The position numbers were made by a program, and so were the translations under genes. A model generated the notes under the pieces. That model saw only the letters and a list, made by a program, of their open reading frames with translations. It ran no database searches and had not been told where the DNA came from. 64,000 nucleotides of DNA from Pyrinomonadaceae bacterium (GTDB lineage: Bacteria; Acidobacteriota; Blastocatellia; Pyrinomonadales; Pyrinomonadaceae), in NCBI GenBank assembly GCA_046313635.1, contig JBKBYA010000002.1, positions 32,001 through 96,000 of the forward strand. Reading direction: 5' to 3'. Positions 48,281 through 59,100 of the stretch are shown here, piece by piece. The stretch's first letter is position 1. Each line of letters starts with the position of its first letter.

Positions 48281-48672
48281 ATTTCTCCTCATTTCTCGCT
48301 GATTCAATTGCAATAAAATTCAAACCTCTCAATGTTTTACACGAATTGGCAATTCCTGTCAATAAATGTCGTGTCGGCCGAAATCGGGCGAAATCGAGCT
48401 CAAAAATCAAGCCAATTCAAACGATAAACCGAGATTTGATTGATACTTATACCACACATCAATTTTCTTTCAAAGATTTTTTGAGGCGTGGCGAAAGAGC
48501 GTCTTCGGGTGCCTGAGATCGACGCCGTCGGGTGCCGGAACTGCTGTATCAAATGAGCTCTGCCATTGCGAATCGCACTTGCTTGAGAACGCACGAGGGA
48601 CCAAATTGCCGAACGCGCTGAATTCTGTTTTAATTTGTCCAACCGATCACAAACTCTCAGGAGCAAGCATTT

Positions 48673-49755
48673 ATGAGATCTCGAATTTTGGCGATCATGG
48701 TTTTCGCCCTCTGGTCGCTGGGTTGTGCCGGAGGCGCCGCCAACAGCACCCGAACCAATTCGCAAGACCACGATCGCGGTATGGACCCAAACCGAAAGAT
48801 CAAGGTCGGCTTCTCGATGGCGACCGTCAAAGAGGAGCGTTGGCAGAGAGACAGGGACGCTTTTAAGGAGCACTGCGATAAGGTAGCGGTCGAATGCATC
48901 ATCAGCGTCGCAGACAACAACTCTGACAGGCAGTCAAACGACGTCGAGAACCTGCTGACGCAGGGAGTGGACGTGCTGGTCATCGCCCCGCAGGACGCGA
49001 CCCAGGCGGCGTCTATGGTCGAAAAGGCCAAGGCCCAGGGCGTGCCGGTCATCAGTTATGACCGTCTGATCAATTCAAACAAGATCGACCTTTATATCTC
49101 TCACCAGGTCCCGGTCATCGGCCGTAAGATCGCCGAATACGCGCTTCAGCATCAGCCGTCGGGCAATTACGTCATGGTTTACGGCGGGCCGACGGACAAC
49201 AACGCCCACATAATGAAGAAGGAACAATTGGCCGTCCTTCAGCCCGCGATCGACAAGGGCTCCATCAAGATCGTCGCCGAGCAGTTCATCACCGACTGGA
49301 AGCCCGAACTTGCGCTCAACTTTATGGAAAACATCCTGACCCGCGAGAACGACAACATCCAGGCCGCGATCGTGTCCAACGACGGGATGGCCGGCGGTGT
49401 GATCCAGGCTCTCGAGCGCCGCGGCTTGATCGGCAAAGTCCTCGTGACCGGGCAGGACGCCCAGATAGACGCCCTTCAACGCATCGCTGAGGGAAAGCAG
49501 ACGATGACGATCTACAAGCCCATAATTCCCCTCGCAAGCCAGGCGGTCGAAGCCGCGATCAAGCTCGCCAGAGGCGAGAAGTTGACGACCACCGCCTTTC
49601 GCAACGACGCGATAAACGCGGACGTTCCGGCGATCCTCCTCGAGGTCACCTCGGTCGACAGGTCAAACCTGATGGATACCGTGATCAAGGACGGCTACGC
49701 AAAGTACGAGGACGTTTATAAGAACGTGCCTGAGGCCGACCGACCGAAGCGATAG
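48673..49755 (+). CDS. XylF-like sugar ABC substrate-binding lipoprotein
   Basis: Lipobox SLGC; ERWQRDRD, VISYDRLI, GGPTDNNA, NDGMAGG, TGQDA, QTMTIYKP. Confidence 0.9.
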   Translation: MRSRILAIMVFALWSLGCAGGAANSTRTNSQDHDRGMDPNRKIKVGFSMATVKEERWQRDRDAFKEHCDKVAVECIISVADNNSDRQSNDVENLLTQGVDVLVIAPQDATQAASMVEKAKAQGVPVISYDRLINSNKIDLYISHQVPVIGRKIAEYALQHQPSGNYVMVYGGPTDNNAHIMKKEQLAVLQPAIDKGSIKIVAEQFITDWKPELALNFMENILTRENDNIQAAIVSNDGMAGGVIQALERRGLIGKVLVTGQDAQIDALQRIAEGKQTMTIYKPIIPLASQAVEAAIKLARGEKLTTTAFRNDAINADVPAILLEVTSVDRSNLMDTVIKDGYAKYEDVYKNVPEADRPKR

Positions 49756-49771
49756 TCATTTCAGCTCCGCA

Positions 49772-50719
49772 ATGAATGAGTACGTATTAGCGGTCGATCT
49801 CGGCGGGACGAATCTCAGAGTTGCCGCCGTCGATCTGGATGGCCGGGTTCTGCACGTCTCCAAGGCGGCCACGCCGAGGTCTAACGACGCCGACGAGGTC
49901 GTCAGTACGATCGCGTCGCTCTCTCGCGAATGTGTCGCACGTACGGGGGCAGCAGCGCTTGCATTCGGCGTGGCTGTCCCGGCAACACTTGACCTTTCGA
50001 CCGGCCGGATACTGCGGGCACCAAATCTGCCCGAACTCGACGGTTATTTACTCGTTGACGAACTGTCTCGACGGCTTGGGCTGCGCGTGGTCATCGAGAA
50101 CGACGCAACGGCCGCCGCGATCGGCGAACACTGGCGCGGCGCGTCGCGGCCGGTGCGTGATTCGATCTGCATAACGCTCGGTACGGGCGTCGGCGGCGGC
50201 ATAATTATCGGCGACCGGCCGCACCGCGGCGTCGACGGGACGGCGGGCGAGATCGGACACATCTGCGTCGAGCCGCTCGGCGTGCCGTGCCCGTGCGGCA
50301 GCAACGGATGTCTCGAGCAGTATGCCTCGGCGTCGGCCGTAGTGCGGATGACAAAGGAGCGTCTTGAAGAGCATCCGGACTCGCCGCTGAATTCGTTTTC
50401 GGCGCTCACCGCACTCGACGTCTATAACGCCGGCATCGCCGGCGACTCTCTCGCCCGGGACGTGTTCTCGCGAGTGGGCTCGTACCTCGGCATCGTCCTC
50501 GCGGGGCTGATCAACGTTCTGAATCCGGAAATGATCGTGATCGGCGGCGGAATGTCGTCAGGCTGGCAGCTGTTCGTCGACGAGGTGCGAGAGCAGATAG
50601 GACGACGGGCTTTTGAACGGCCCGCCGCACGTGCGCGGATCACCAGGGCCGAGCTCGGTGATCTGGCCGGCCTTGTCGGCGCGGCCCATCTGGCTATTCA
50701 GGCGGCGGGCCGTGAGTGA
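49772..50719 (+). CDS. ROK-family sugar kinase (glucokinase-like)
   Basis: VDLGGTN, ENDA.AAA.GE, TLGTGVGGG, AGEIGH, C.CG..GCLE. Confidence 0.93.
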   Translation: MNEYVLAVDLGGTNLRVAAVDLDGRVLHVSKAATPRSNDADEVVSTIASLSRECVARTGAAALAFGVAVPATLDLSTGRILRAPNLPELDGYLLVDELSRRLGLRVVIENDATAAAIGEHWRGASRPVRDSICITLGTGVGGGIIIGDRPHRGVDGTAGEIGHICVEPLGVPCPCGSNGCLEQYASASAVVRMTKERLEEHPDSPLNSFSALTALDVYNAGIAGDSLARDVFSRVGSYLGIVLAGLINVLNPEMIVIGGGMSSGWQLFVDEVREQIGRRAFERPAARARITRAELGDLAGLVGAAHLAIQAAGRE

Positions 50720-50785
50720 GGCCCCGCAGCGTCAAAGTCCGATCGCCTGACCGCCTCTCGTAACCTTCGCGCTCAACTCCAATAC

Positions 50786-50814
50786 TTGTAAAAGACGTCT
50801 TGCTGTACTAGAAT
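50786..50814 (+). promoter_or_regulatory. sigma70-type promoter of the rimP-nusA-infB operon
   Basis: TTGTAA-17 nt-TAGAAT. Confidence 0.65.
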
Positions 50815-50848
50815 CTCAGCTTGCTGAAGATGCGTGGGCGACGTGTCG

Positions 50849-50871
50849 AGTGGGTTTCGCACCCACTTTTT
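50849..50871 (+). terminator. rimP leader terminator-like hairpin
   Basis: AGTGGGT-TTCGC-ACCCACT-TTTT directly upstream of rimP. Confidence 0.75.
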
Positions 50872-50888
50872 ATTTTGGTTTTGCGAAA

Positions 50889-51374
50889 ATGGGATCGGGA
50901 ATTTTTGACGACAGGATCAGGGAGATAGCCGCTTCGGTGGCGAGCGGGCTCGGCTTTGAATTCGTTCATTCGCAGATCGCCGGCCCCAAGCACAATCCTA
51001 CGGTCCGCGTCTTTATCGACAAGCCCGGCGGCATTACGATCGAGGACTGCTCGACCGCGTCGAGAGCCATCGAAGCGCGGCTCGATGAGGACGATTTCAT
51101 CCCGACGTCCTACGTCCTCGAGGTCTCGTCCCCGGGCCTCGAACGCGAGCTTTTCAGCATCGAAGACTTTAAGCGGTTCTCAGGCAAGCAGGCAAAGGTC
51201 AAGACCAACTCCCCGATAAACGGTCAAAAGAATTTCAGCGGCGAGATCGTCGCGGTCGAGGGCTCGGAGGTAGTGTTCCGAGACAAGACCAGCGGAGAGG
51301 TAAGGTTCGATCACGGAGCAGTGGCAAAGGCAAATCTGCTCGTCGATCTTGAAGAAGAATTAAGAAGGTCCTGA
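50889..51374 (+). CDS. rimP: ribosome maturation factor RimP
   Basis: VFIDKPGGITIEDC, YVLEVSSPGLER. Confidence 0.96.
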   Translation: MGSGIFDDRIREIAASVASGLGFEFVHSQIAGPKHNPTVRVFIDKPGGITIEDCSTASRAIEARLDEDDFIPTSYVLEVSSPGLERELFSIEDFKRFSGKQAKVKTNSPINGQKNFSGEIVAVEGSEVVFRDKTSGEVRFDHGAVAKANLLVDLEEELRRS

Positions 51375-51416
51375 CAGGCCGCATCGGCGGTCCTGCAGGC
51401 AAAGGCAATAGAAACT

Positions 51417-52910
51417 ATGTCATCGTCAATCGCGCAGAGTATCGAAATGTTGTGCAGCGAGCAGGGGCTCGATCGCAACATGGTGATCGAAGCAATGAAG
51501 GACGCGGTTCGCGCGGCCGCTCGCAAACAGTTCAAAGGTCACGACAAGACCGGTGACAACATTCAGGTCGACTGGAATCCGGAAGAAGGTCTCGAGATCT
51601 CGGCTCAAAAGGTCGTCGTGGCCGAGGTAGAGAATCCGTCGACGGAACTTTCGCTCGAGGAGGCGCAGGAGCTCGCCGGCGACGGCATCGAGATCGGCGA
51701 CATGCTGCTCATCCCGCTGCCGACCGAAGAGCTCGGCCGCATCGCCGCTCAGACGGCTAAGCAGATACTCGTGCAAAAGGTGCGCGAAGCGATCCGCGAA
51801 AAGGTCTACGACGAGTACGTCGACCGCAAGGGCGAACTGATCAACGGTACGGTCAAGAGATTCGAGCGCGGCGATATGATCATCGATCTGGGCGGCAACC
51901 TCGAGGCCGTCGTCCCGCGCAAAGAACAGTCCCGCGGCGAGACCTGGAGTCAGGGCGAGCGCATCCGCGTCGTCATCGTCGACGTCTCGAAGGACCAAAA
52001 GGGCCAGCAGATCAAGGCCTCGCGTGCCTCGGCCGATCTGCTCAAGCGGCTGTTTGAAATGGAGGTTCCCGAGATCTATGACGGCACCGTCGTCATCAAA
52101 TCTGCCGTCCGCGAGCCGGGTGAGCGGGCCAAGATCGCGGTCACGTCGAACGAGAAGGACGTCGATCCGGTCGGAGCGTGCGTCGGGATGAAGGGCTCGC
52201 GCGTGCAGTCGATCATCAAGGAGCTTCGCGGCGAAAAGATCGACATCATCGAATGGTCCGACGAGCCGTCGGTCTTTGCGGCGAACGCACTGTCACCGGC
52301 AAAGGTCTCCCAGGTACGCATCACAAATATCAACGACCGCGAGATGGAGGTCATCGTCAGCGAGGACCAGCTCAGCCTCGCGATCGGCAAAAAAGGACAA
52401 AACGTCCGGCTTGCGACGAGACTCGTCGGTTGGGACATTAACATTGTCAGCGAAGAGGTCCTCAAGAAGGAGATCGCCAAGCAGATGGGCCGTATGATGG
52501 CTTCGGGCGAGGCCGTTCCGCTGACCGCGCTTCAGGGCGTCTCGACCAACCAAGCCGAGCTTCTTGAGCAGAAGGGGATCACCGACGTCGAGCATCTTGC
52601 GGCCGCGTCCGTCGACGACCTTGTCGATTATCTCGACATCAGTCTCGACGAGGCCGAGAGCATAATCGTCGCGGCACGTGCCGTGGTCGAGGCAAAGAAC
52701 AGCGAAGGCGCCGAAGGCGAAGGAGAGGCCTCAGACGAGAGCTCCTCCGAGGCCAAGGCCGGAGGCGATGCGGAGGCGGCAGCTGCGGCCGAAGCCGACG
52801 AGACGGCCGGCGCAGACCCGGCAGCAGCGGACGAGGCGCCGGAGGCCGAGGCCGGCGAGAGCGATGAGACCTCCTCGCCCGAGGACGTTGAGAACGATGA
52901 GCAGCAGTAG
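51417..52910 (+). CDS. nusA: transcription factor NusA
   Basis: GRIAAQTAKQ, EVPEI, REPGERAKIAV, GACVGMKGSRV, AIGKKGQNVRLA. Confidence 0.98.
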   Translation: MSSSIAQSIEMLCSEQGLDRNMVIEAMKDAVRAAARKQFKGHDKTGDNIQVDWNPEEGLEISAQKVVVAEVENPSTELSLEEAQELAGDGIEIGDMLLIPLPTEELGRIAAQTAKQILVQKVREAIREKVYDEYVDRKGELINGTVKRFERGDMIIDLGGNLEAVVPRKEQSRGETWSQGERIRVVIVDVSKDQKGQQIKASRASADLLKRLFEMEVPEIYDGTVVIKSAVREPGERAKIAVTSNEKDVDPVGACVGMKGSRVQSIIKELRGEKIDIIEWSDEPSVFAANALSPAKVSQVRITNINDREMEVIVSEDQLSLAIGKKGQNVRLATRLVGWDINIVSEEVLKKEIAKQMGRMMASGEAVPLTALQGVSTNQAELLEQKGITDVEHLAAASVDDLVDYLDISLDEAESIIVAARAVVEAKNSEGAEGEGEASDESSSEAKAGGDAEAAAAAEADETAGADPAAADEAPEAEAGESDETSSPEDVENDEQQ

Positions 52911-52977
52911 TTGAGGCGGCGCGACTGGCGCTTCCGGTCCGGGGACGGGAACGTTACTCCCGTGGAAATCAAAATTT

Positions 52978-55677
52978 ATGGCAATTCGAAAAACAGTCCG
53001 GATCTACGACCTTGCACGCGAGCTCAAGCAGGACACAAAGCGCGTGATCGAGGATCTGCGCCGGGCCGGAGCGGACGTCAGCGTCGCATCGAACTCGGTA
53101 AGCGTCGAGTTCGCGGACAAGGTCCGCAGCAAGTACTTTCCCAAAGCCGAAGCCGCGCCAAAACGTACGATCAAGGTGATCAAGGCGACCAAAAAGGAGG
53201 CGTCCGACGAGCACACTGAGGAGACTCACGAGGCCCCGGCGGCCGAGGCTGCTCCGACGCCCGAGCCGGTCGAGAGCGCCGAGGTCCAGGCGCCTGCAGC
53301 GGCCGAGGCTTTGCCAAAGGCGGAAGTCGAAACGCCGGCCGCGCCGAAGGTTAAGAAGCTCGTCCGTGCAAAGCCCGAGGTCGTCGAGCAGCCGGCGGCC
53401 GCCGAAGATGCGCAGCCTCCGGCCGCGGCCGAATCGGAAGCCGTACCCGAAGCGGCGCCCGCTGACGCAGCGCGGCCTGAACCGCAAGCGGATGTCGCGG
53501 CCCAGCCCTCGGAGCCTGCAGCCGCCAAACCGGCCGGAACTGCGGTCAAGAAGCTTCGTCTCACGCCCGAGGCACTTGCCAAGGGGATCAAGGTCGGCGA
53601 TCGGATAGTGACCGACGTGCCGACCCGCGCCGGACGGCTCGAGGGCGACCTCAAGCGACGCGGCGAATTCAAGGGAACGCCGGGCGAGTCGACGGCGCCG
53701 CAGATGACCTACACGCCGCCGGCGGACAATCGCCGACGTCCGGGACGTTCGGGCGGGCGCAAGGGCAAGCCTTTCGACGACAAGGGGCGGTTTGCCGAGC
53801 GCGATCAGGATACGCCGCGGCAGCGCTCGATCGAGGAACGCGTTCTCGATCAGGTCGGCAAGGCGGTCGGCGCGGGCGAGATGCGGCAGGTACGTCTGAC
53901 CGAGGGAGCGACCGTCCGCGAATTTGCCGAGGCCCTCGGCATCACGCCGCGCGATATCGTGCAGCTGCTGATCAAACGGGGCGTCTTTGCGACGCTCAAC
54001 CAGCCGATCGGCGAAAAGATGGCGACCGACATGGGCAAGGATTTCGGCGTCGACGTCCGCTTCGTTCCATTCGAAGAGATGGTCATCGAGCAGGAGTTCG
54101 AGGAGCTCATCGCGGCCGAGGCCGACGATCTCGAGTTGCCACGTGCTCCCGTCGTCACTGTGATGGGCCACGTCGATCACGGTAAGACCTCGCTGCTCGA
54201 TGCGATCCGTTCTTCAAACGTCGCGGCCGGCGAAGCGGGCGGCATCACGCAGCACATCGGCGCGTACAGCGTCTTTGTCCCTAATCCGGATAACGCGGAC
54301 GAGCCGCGTCGTGTCGTCTTTCTCGATACGCCGGGCCACGAGGCCTTTACGATGATGCGTGCTCGCGGCGCCAAGGCGACGGACATCGTCGTTCTTGTCG
54401 TCGCCGCTGACGACGGTGTGATGCCTCAGACGATCGAGGCGGTCGAACACTCAAAGGCCGCGGGCGTCCCGATCATCGTCGCTATCAATAAGATCGATAA
54501 GCCGGACGCGAGTCCCGACAAGGTCAAACAGGGCCTCGCCGGCCTCGGACTTCAGCCGGTCGATTGGGGCGGCGATATCGAGATGGTCCCCGTATCGGCC
54601 AAGCAGCGCACGGGCATCGACTCTCTGCTCGAGACGGTGCTGCTGCAGGCGGACATTCTCGATCTAAAGGCGAGCCCGACCCGCCGCGCTTCGGGCGTCG
54701 TGCTCGAGGCCAAGCTCGACAAGGGCCGCGGGGCCGTCGCGACGGCGCTCGTGCAGCAGGGCACGCTGCGCGTCGGCGACCCTTTCATCGTCGGACAGTT
54801 TTACGGCAAGGTGCGTGCGATGTTCTCCGACCGCGGCGAGGCCGTGACCGAGGCCCCGCCGGCAACGCCGGTCGAAATACTGGGACTGCAGGGCGTGCCT
54901 CAGGCGGGCGACACCTTCCAGGTAGTTTCCGATATCGAACGCGCGCAGACGATCGCCGGCCAGCGGCAGATGCAGGCCCGTCAGGCCGCGATGGTCAAGA
55001 CGACCAAGCGCGGTATCGAGTCGCTCGGTCAGGCCGAGGTCAAGGAGCTGCTCATCATCCTCAAGGCCGACGTGCAGGGCTCGGTCGAAGTGCTGCGTGC
55101 GACGCTCGAGAAGCTCTCGACCGAGAAGGTCAAGGTCCGCGTCATCCGCGCCGGCGTCGGTGCGATCGCAGAATCCGATGTTTTGCTCGCTTCGGCGACG
55201 CAGGCCGACGACGCATCTACGGCGGTCGTCATCATCGGCTTCAACGTCCGGCCGGAGACGCGTGCCGCTGACCTCGCCAAGCAGGAGGACGTGGACATTC
55301 GACTGCACTCGATCATTTACAAGGTCGAGGAGGAGATCAAGGCCGCGATGATCGGCATGCTCGACGCGATCGAGAAAGAGGTCATTCTCGGCAAGGCCGT
55401 CGTTCAGGAGACGTTCAAGGTCTCGAGGGTCGGTACGATCGCCGGCTGCCGCGTCACGGACGGCGTCATTCGCCGCCAGGCCAAGGCCCGGCTCATACGC
55501 GACGGGGTCGTCACTTGGGAGGGCGACATCGCCACGCTCAAGCGCTTCAAGGACGACGTAAACGAGGTGCGCAACGGCTTTGAATGCGGCATCAGTCTCG
55601 TCAACTACAACGACATCAAGGTCGGCGACGAGATCGAGGCCTTTGTGATCGAAAAGGTGGCCGCGACCGAACTCTAA
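52978..55677 (+). CDS. infB: translation initiation factor IF-2
   Basis: [48 protein letters not shown]. Confidence 0.98.
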   Translation: MAIRKTVRIYDLARELKQDTKRVIEDLRRAGADVSVASNSVSVEFADKVRSKYFPKAEAAPKRTIKVIKATKKEASDEHTEETHEAPAAEAAPTPEPVESAEVQAPAAAEALPKAEVETPAAPKVKKLVRAKPEVVEQPAAAEDAQPPAAAESEAVPEAAPADAARPEPQADVAAQPSEPAAAKPAGTAVKKLRLTPEALAKGIKVGDRIVTDVPTRAGRLEGDLKRRGEFKGTPGESTAPQMTYTPPADNRRRPGRSGGRKGKPFDDKGRFAERDQDTPRQRSIEERVLDQVGKAVGAGEMRQVRLTEGATVREFAEALGITPRDIVQLLIKRGVFATLNQPIGEKMATDMGKDFGVDVRFVPFEEMVIEQEFEELIAAEADDLELPRAPVVTVMGHVDHGKTSLLDAIRSSNVAAGEAGGITQHIGAYSVFVPNPDNADEPRRVVFLDTPGHEAFTMMRARGAKATDIVVLVVAADDGVMPQTIEAVEHSKAAGVPIIVAINKIDKPDASPDKVKQGLAGLGLQPVDWGGDIEMVPVSAKQRTGIDSLLETVLLQADILDLKASPTRRASGVVLEAKLDKGRGAVATALVQQGTLRVGDPFIVGQFYGKVRAMFSDRGEAVTEAPPATPVEILGLQGVPQAGDTFQVVSDIERAQTIAGQRQMQARQAAMVKTTKRGIESLGQAEVKELLIILKADVQGSVEVLRATLEKLSTEKVKVRVIRAGVGAIAESDVLLASATQADDASTAVVIIGFNVRPETRAADLAKQEDVDIRLHSIIYKVEEEIKAAMIGMLDAIEKEVILGKAVVQETFKVSRVGTIAGCRVTDGVIRRQAKARLIRDGVVTWEGDIATLKRFKDDVNEVRNGFECGISLVNYNDIKVGDEIEAFVIEKVAATEL

Positions 55678-55684
55678 CGGCGGA

Positions 55685-55725
55685 CGAAAGGGCGAAACTG
55701 AAATTGTCTCGCCCTTTCGCTTTTT
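55685..55725 (+). terminator. terminator-like hairpin between infB and rbfA
   Basis: CGAAAGGGCGA/TCGCCCTTTCG followed by CTTTTT. Confidence 0.75.
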
Positions 55726-55731
55726 GGGTTT

Positions 55732-56103
55732 ATGCGACGTCCCGAGCGTTTGGCCGAAGCTTTGAAGGAGGAGATCGCCGAGGTCGTCGGCTTTGAGCTC
55801 GACGACCCGCGGCTCGAGACCGTAACGGTGACCGACGTCGAGGTCGCCCCCGACCTCCGCGACGCAAAGGTCTACGTTCTGGTCCGCGGAACCGACGCCG
55901 AGATCAAGGACGCTCTTAAAGCTCTGCAGCAGGCGGCGAGCTTCGTCCGCGGCGAGGTCGCCCGGAATTTGAATCTTCGATTTGCCCCGCATCTCCACTT
56001 TGCCCGCGACACGGCCGAGGAGAATGCGGCCCGGATCGGTGAGCTGCTCGAGGGCATCTCCGCCGGAGCTGACACTTTAGAAGGACCGGACGACCGATCG
56101 TAA
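55732..56103 (+). CDS. rbfA: ribosome-binding factor A
   Basis: DPRL..VTVTDV...DLRDAKVY, LRFAP.LHF..D. Confidence 0.96.
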   Translation: MRRPERLAEALKEEIAEVVGFELDDPRLETVTVTDVEVAPDLRDAKVYVLVRGTDAEIKDALKALQQAASFVRGEVARNLNLRFAPHLHFARDTAEENAARIGELLEGISAGADTLEGPDDRS

Positions 56104-56136
56104 ACAAATCTCTCATGTCGTCTGAATAAATGCCTC

Positions 56137-57144
56137 GTGTTAAGTCAAGTAGTAGAGTTAATTGAAAAAAAGAGCAGGTTTGCGATAACCACTCACCACC
56201 GTCCCGACGGCGACGGTGTCGGTTCGTCGCTCGGACTTTGCTGGCTGCTGCGCTCTTTGGGCAAGAATGTCGAGGTCATCACCAGCGACGACATTCCCCG
56301 CACGTATCACGCTCTGCCCGGGGCCGGCGAGATCGTTCGGGTCTCGCGGATCGACCCGTCGGCGTACGACGCGGTATTCGTGATCGAATGCTCGGACATT
56401 GAACGGCCGGGGATCGAGGGGCTCGCAGATGCTTTCACGGTCAATATCGACCATCACGCGACGTGCGACAACTTTGGCACGGTCAACTGGATCGACCCGA
56501 CCGCGTCGGCGGTCGGCGAGATGATCTACAACCTCTGCAAGGCGATCGGCGGGCGCGTCACGCGCGAGATCGCGGAGTGTCTCTACCTCGCGCTCGTCAC
56601 CGATACCGGATCGTTCCACTTTCCGAATACCACCGAGCGGACTCTCAAGGTCGCGTCCGAGCTGATCAAGGCCGGAGTCAATCCTTCGCGGATCTCCGAG
56701 ATGGTCTACAACAGCTACTCGTGGTCGCGGATCTCGCTGATGAGCCAGGTGCTCTCGACCGTCAAACGCGACGCGAGCGGACGTGTCGCCACGATGCGGC
56801 AGACGCTCGAGATGAAGCGGACGGCCGAGGCCGTCGACGGCGACAACAACGGATTCGTCAATATTCCATTGGCGGCCCGAGAGGTCCAGGCCGTCGTCTA
56901 TATGCGCGAGACGGACGCAGGCCGCTATCGGGTCAGCCTTCGTTCAAAGGGTGAGCTCAACGTCGCCAAAGTGGCTGAACAATTCGGCGGCGGCGGCCAC
57001 CGCAACGCGGCGGGCCTCAAGATCGAAGGGACGTGGGACGACTGCGAGGCAAAGCTCGTCGCGGCCATCAATGCCGCCATCGATCGAAACGGCGGCTCGG
57101 CCGTCGACAGCTCGATCGGATCGAGCGAGCTGATCGCCCGCTGA
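56137..57144 (+). CDS. nrnA: DHH-family oligoribonuclease/pAp phosphatase
   Basis: H.RPDGD, NIDHH, TDTGSF, SLRS, GGGGHRNAAG. Confidence 0.92.
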   Translation: MLSQVVELIEKKSRFAITTHHRPDGDGVGSSLGLCWLLRSLGKNVEVITSDDIPRTYHALPGAGEIVRVSRIDPSAYDAVFVIECSDIERPGIEGLADAFTVNIDHHATCDNFGTVNWIDPTASAVGEMIYNLCKAIGGRVTREIAECLYLALVTDTGSFHFPNTTERTLKVASELIKAGVNPSRISEMVYNSYSWSRISLMSQVLSTVKRDASGRVATMRQTLEMKRTAEAVDGDNNGFVNIPLAAREVQAVVYMRETDAGRYRVSLRSKGELNVAKVAEQFGGGGHRNAAGLKIEGTWDDCEAKLVAAINAAIDRNGGSAVDSSIGSSELIAR

Positions 57145-57175
57145 CGATGCTGATCCGAGAATCGGCGAGATCACG

Positions 57176-57210
57176 GCAGCAGCAGTTTCGGCAACGGGCT
57201 GCTGCTTTTA
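57176..57210 (+). terminator. terminator after nrnA
   Basis: GCAGCAGC/GCTGCTGC followed by TTTTA. Confidence 0.65.
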
Positions 57211-57223
57211 TTGACGGGTACAG

Positions 57224-57805
57224 ATGAGCGAGATCAAAGAGAAGCGCTACAAGTGGCGCCGCGAGGACTATCGCGAAAACACCAAGGGCCTGCTGATGGT
57301 CAACACCGGCGACGGCAAGGGCAAGACGACCGCCGCGATCGGTGTGCTCGTCCGCGCGGCGGGCCGCGGAATGAAGTGCGCGATGATACAGTTCATGAAA
57401 TCGAGGTCCGATCGCTACGGCGAGCACGAGTCGCTCGATAAGCTCGGCATCGAGATCCACACGATGGGGGCCGGCTTTACCTGGGACACCAACGACAGGT
57501 CCCTCGACATCGCCACCTCGAAAGAGACCTGGCAGCTCTGCCGCGAAAAGATGCAAAGCGGCGAGTACGATCTGCTGGTGTTTGACGAGCTCGTTTACGT
57601 CCTCGACTACAAATTTCTCGATGTCGGCGAGGTGCTGGCCGAGATCGCCGAAGTGCGGATCGACCAGCCTCATCTGCACATCATCGTGACGGGCCGCAAC
57701 GCCCCGCCGGAGCTCGTCGAGGCCGCCGACCTGGTCACCGAGATGAAGGAGATCAAACATCCTTTTCACGCCGGCATATTCGCACAGCAGGGCATCGAGT
57801 TCTAG
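57224..57805 (+). CDS. cobO: cob(I)alamin adenosyltransferase (CobO/BtuR)
   Basis: TGDGKGKTTAA, QFMK, DLLVFDE, IVTGRNAP, ADLVTEM..IKHP, GIEF. Confidence 0.94.
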   Translation: MSEIKEKRYKWRREDYRENTKGLLMVNTGDGKGKTTAAIGVLVRAAGRGMKCAMIQFMKSRSDRYGEHESLDKLGIEIHTMGAGFTWDTNDRSLDIATSKETWQLCREKMQSGEYDLLVFDELVYVLDYKFLDVGEVLAEIAEVRIDQPHLHIIVTGRNAPPELVEAADLVTEMKEIKHPFHAGIFAQQGIEF

Positions 57806-57811
57806 GTCGAG

Positions 57812-58372
57812 ATGAAGCACCCGATCGAGCGCCGCGAGGCACGCGGATTAAAAGATCATTTCGCACTCGCGGTGACGACCGTCTTCGGCGTCGGCTATCT
57901 GCCTCTCGCGCCGGGGACCTTCGGGTCGATCGTCGGCGTCGCGGTCTACTTCGGGCTCGAATATCTGCTTAAGTGGTCATTCGGCGTCGCTTCGCTCGGC
58001 GGCGTTTCGGAGACGGCGAGCGCGACCGTCAACGCTGCGGTCGCCGTTTGCTTTCTGGCTTACACGCTGCTCGGCATCTGGGCCGCCGGGCGCTCGACCC
58101 AGCTTCTCGGCAACAACGATCCGTCGGAGGCTGTCGTCGACGAGGTGATCGGCCAGTTGATCGCGTTCCTTTTCGTTCCATTTTCCAGCTCCTGGCAGAT
58201 GATCCTCGCGGGCTTTTTGCTTTTCAGACTGTTCGATATCTGGAAGCCGTACCCGATCGATTACCTGCAAAACCTTCCGGCGGGCATCGGCGTCTGCGCC
58301 GACGATATCCTCGCCGGCGTCTATGCGGGAGTTTGTCTCGCCATCCTTTACGCGATAGGTTTCTGGATATGA
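57812..58372 (+). CDS. pgpA: phosphatidylglycerophosphatase A
   Basis: PLAPGTFGS, DPSEAVVDEVIGQ, FRLFDIWKP, DDILAG. Confidence 0.93.
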   Translation: MKHPIERREARGLKDHFALAVTTVFGVGYLPLAPGTFGSIVGVAVYFGLEYLLKWSFGVASLGGVSETASATVNAAVAVCFLAYTLLGIWAAGRSTQLLGNNDPSEAVVDEVIGQLIAFLFVPFSSSWQMILAGFLLFRLFDIWKPYPIDYLQNLPAGIGVCADDILAGVYAGVCLAILYAIGFWI

Positions 58373-59100
58373 AGCTTCACGTGCTGCCGGGCGACGCCTA
58401 CGTCGAAGCGTTTCGCGAGACCGGTCTCGAGGGCGAGGTCGCGGTCTTTCGCGAGTGCTTTATCGAGGGCGACCTCGGCGGCGGCGATCTCGCCGAATTG
58501 TGGCGCGTGCGCGCGGCGTATCTTTCCGCGGCGTATCCGGAGCAGAACGACAGATCCTACCCGTCGTACGTCGTCGCAGAGATCGACAAGATCATTCAGG
58601 CAGCGCAGCAGGCGGGCGAGATATATCTCTGGTTTGAGTACGAGCTCTTTTGCAGCGTGAATTATTGGTTCTGCCTCGAGCTGCTGCGGGAGTCGAGCGC
58701 CGAGTTGTATCGCGTGTCGCCGACGGTCCGCAACGAGACGACGCGATGGCGAGGATTCGGCCGGCTTGCATCCGAGGAAATGCTCGAGTGCTGGAATGAT
58801 CGCGTCCGCCTTTCGGCCGGCGACATCGCACGGGGCGGCGAGCTTTGGCGTGCCTTCCGCGCCGGCGATCGGGCTCGCGTGCGCGAGCTCGGCGCGTACG
58901 AGTCTCCGGCCTTCCGCTATCTACCCGAGGTCGCTGCGGCGGCGAGCGATCTTGAGCTCCGCCCAAAGCAGATCATCGACGAGATCGCCGCGGCCGGAAC
59001 GCGCGACTTTGAGGAGTTGTTTGCCGAGTTTGCACGACGTGCGGGCGTCTACGGCCTCGGCGACGTACAGGTGAGACGGCTTATGGAGTCGGCGGAGTGA
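58369..59100 (+). CDS. DUF1835-like hypothetical protein
   Basis: LHVLPGD, RE..IEG, LWFEYELFC, GLGD.Q; ATGA overlap with pgpA. Confidence 0.7.
   Translation: MKLHVLPGDAYVEAFRETGLEGEVAVFRECFIEGDLGGGDLAELWRVRAAYLSAAYPEQNDRSYPSYVVAEIDKIIQAAQQAGEIYLWFEYELFCSVNYWFCLELLRESSAELYRVSPTVRNETTRWRGFGRLASEEMLECWNDRVRLSAGDIARGGELWRAFRAGDRARVRELGAYESPAFRYLPEVAAAASDLELRPKQIIDEIAAAGTRDFEELFAEFARRAGVYGLGDVQVRRLMESAE

Noticed and set aside
48290..48480. AT-rich stretch as a replication origin or foreign DNA
   Set aside because: No cluster of DnaA boxes seen; better explained as a divergent promoter region
52690..52910. Acidic Ala/Glu-rich tails of NusA, S2, L9 and the IF-2 N-region
   Set aside because: Common low-complexity extensions with no nucleotide-level hairpin structure
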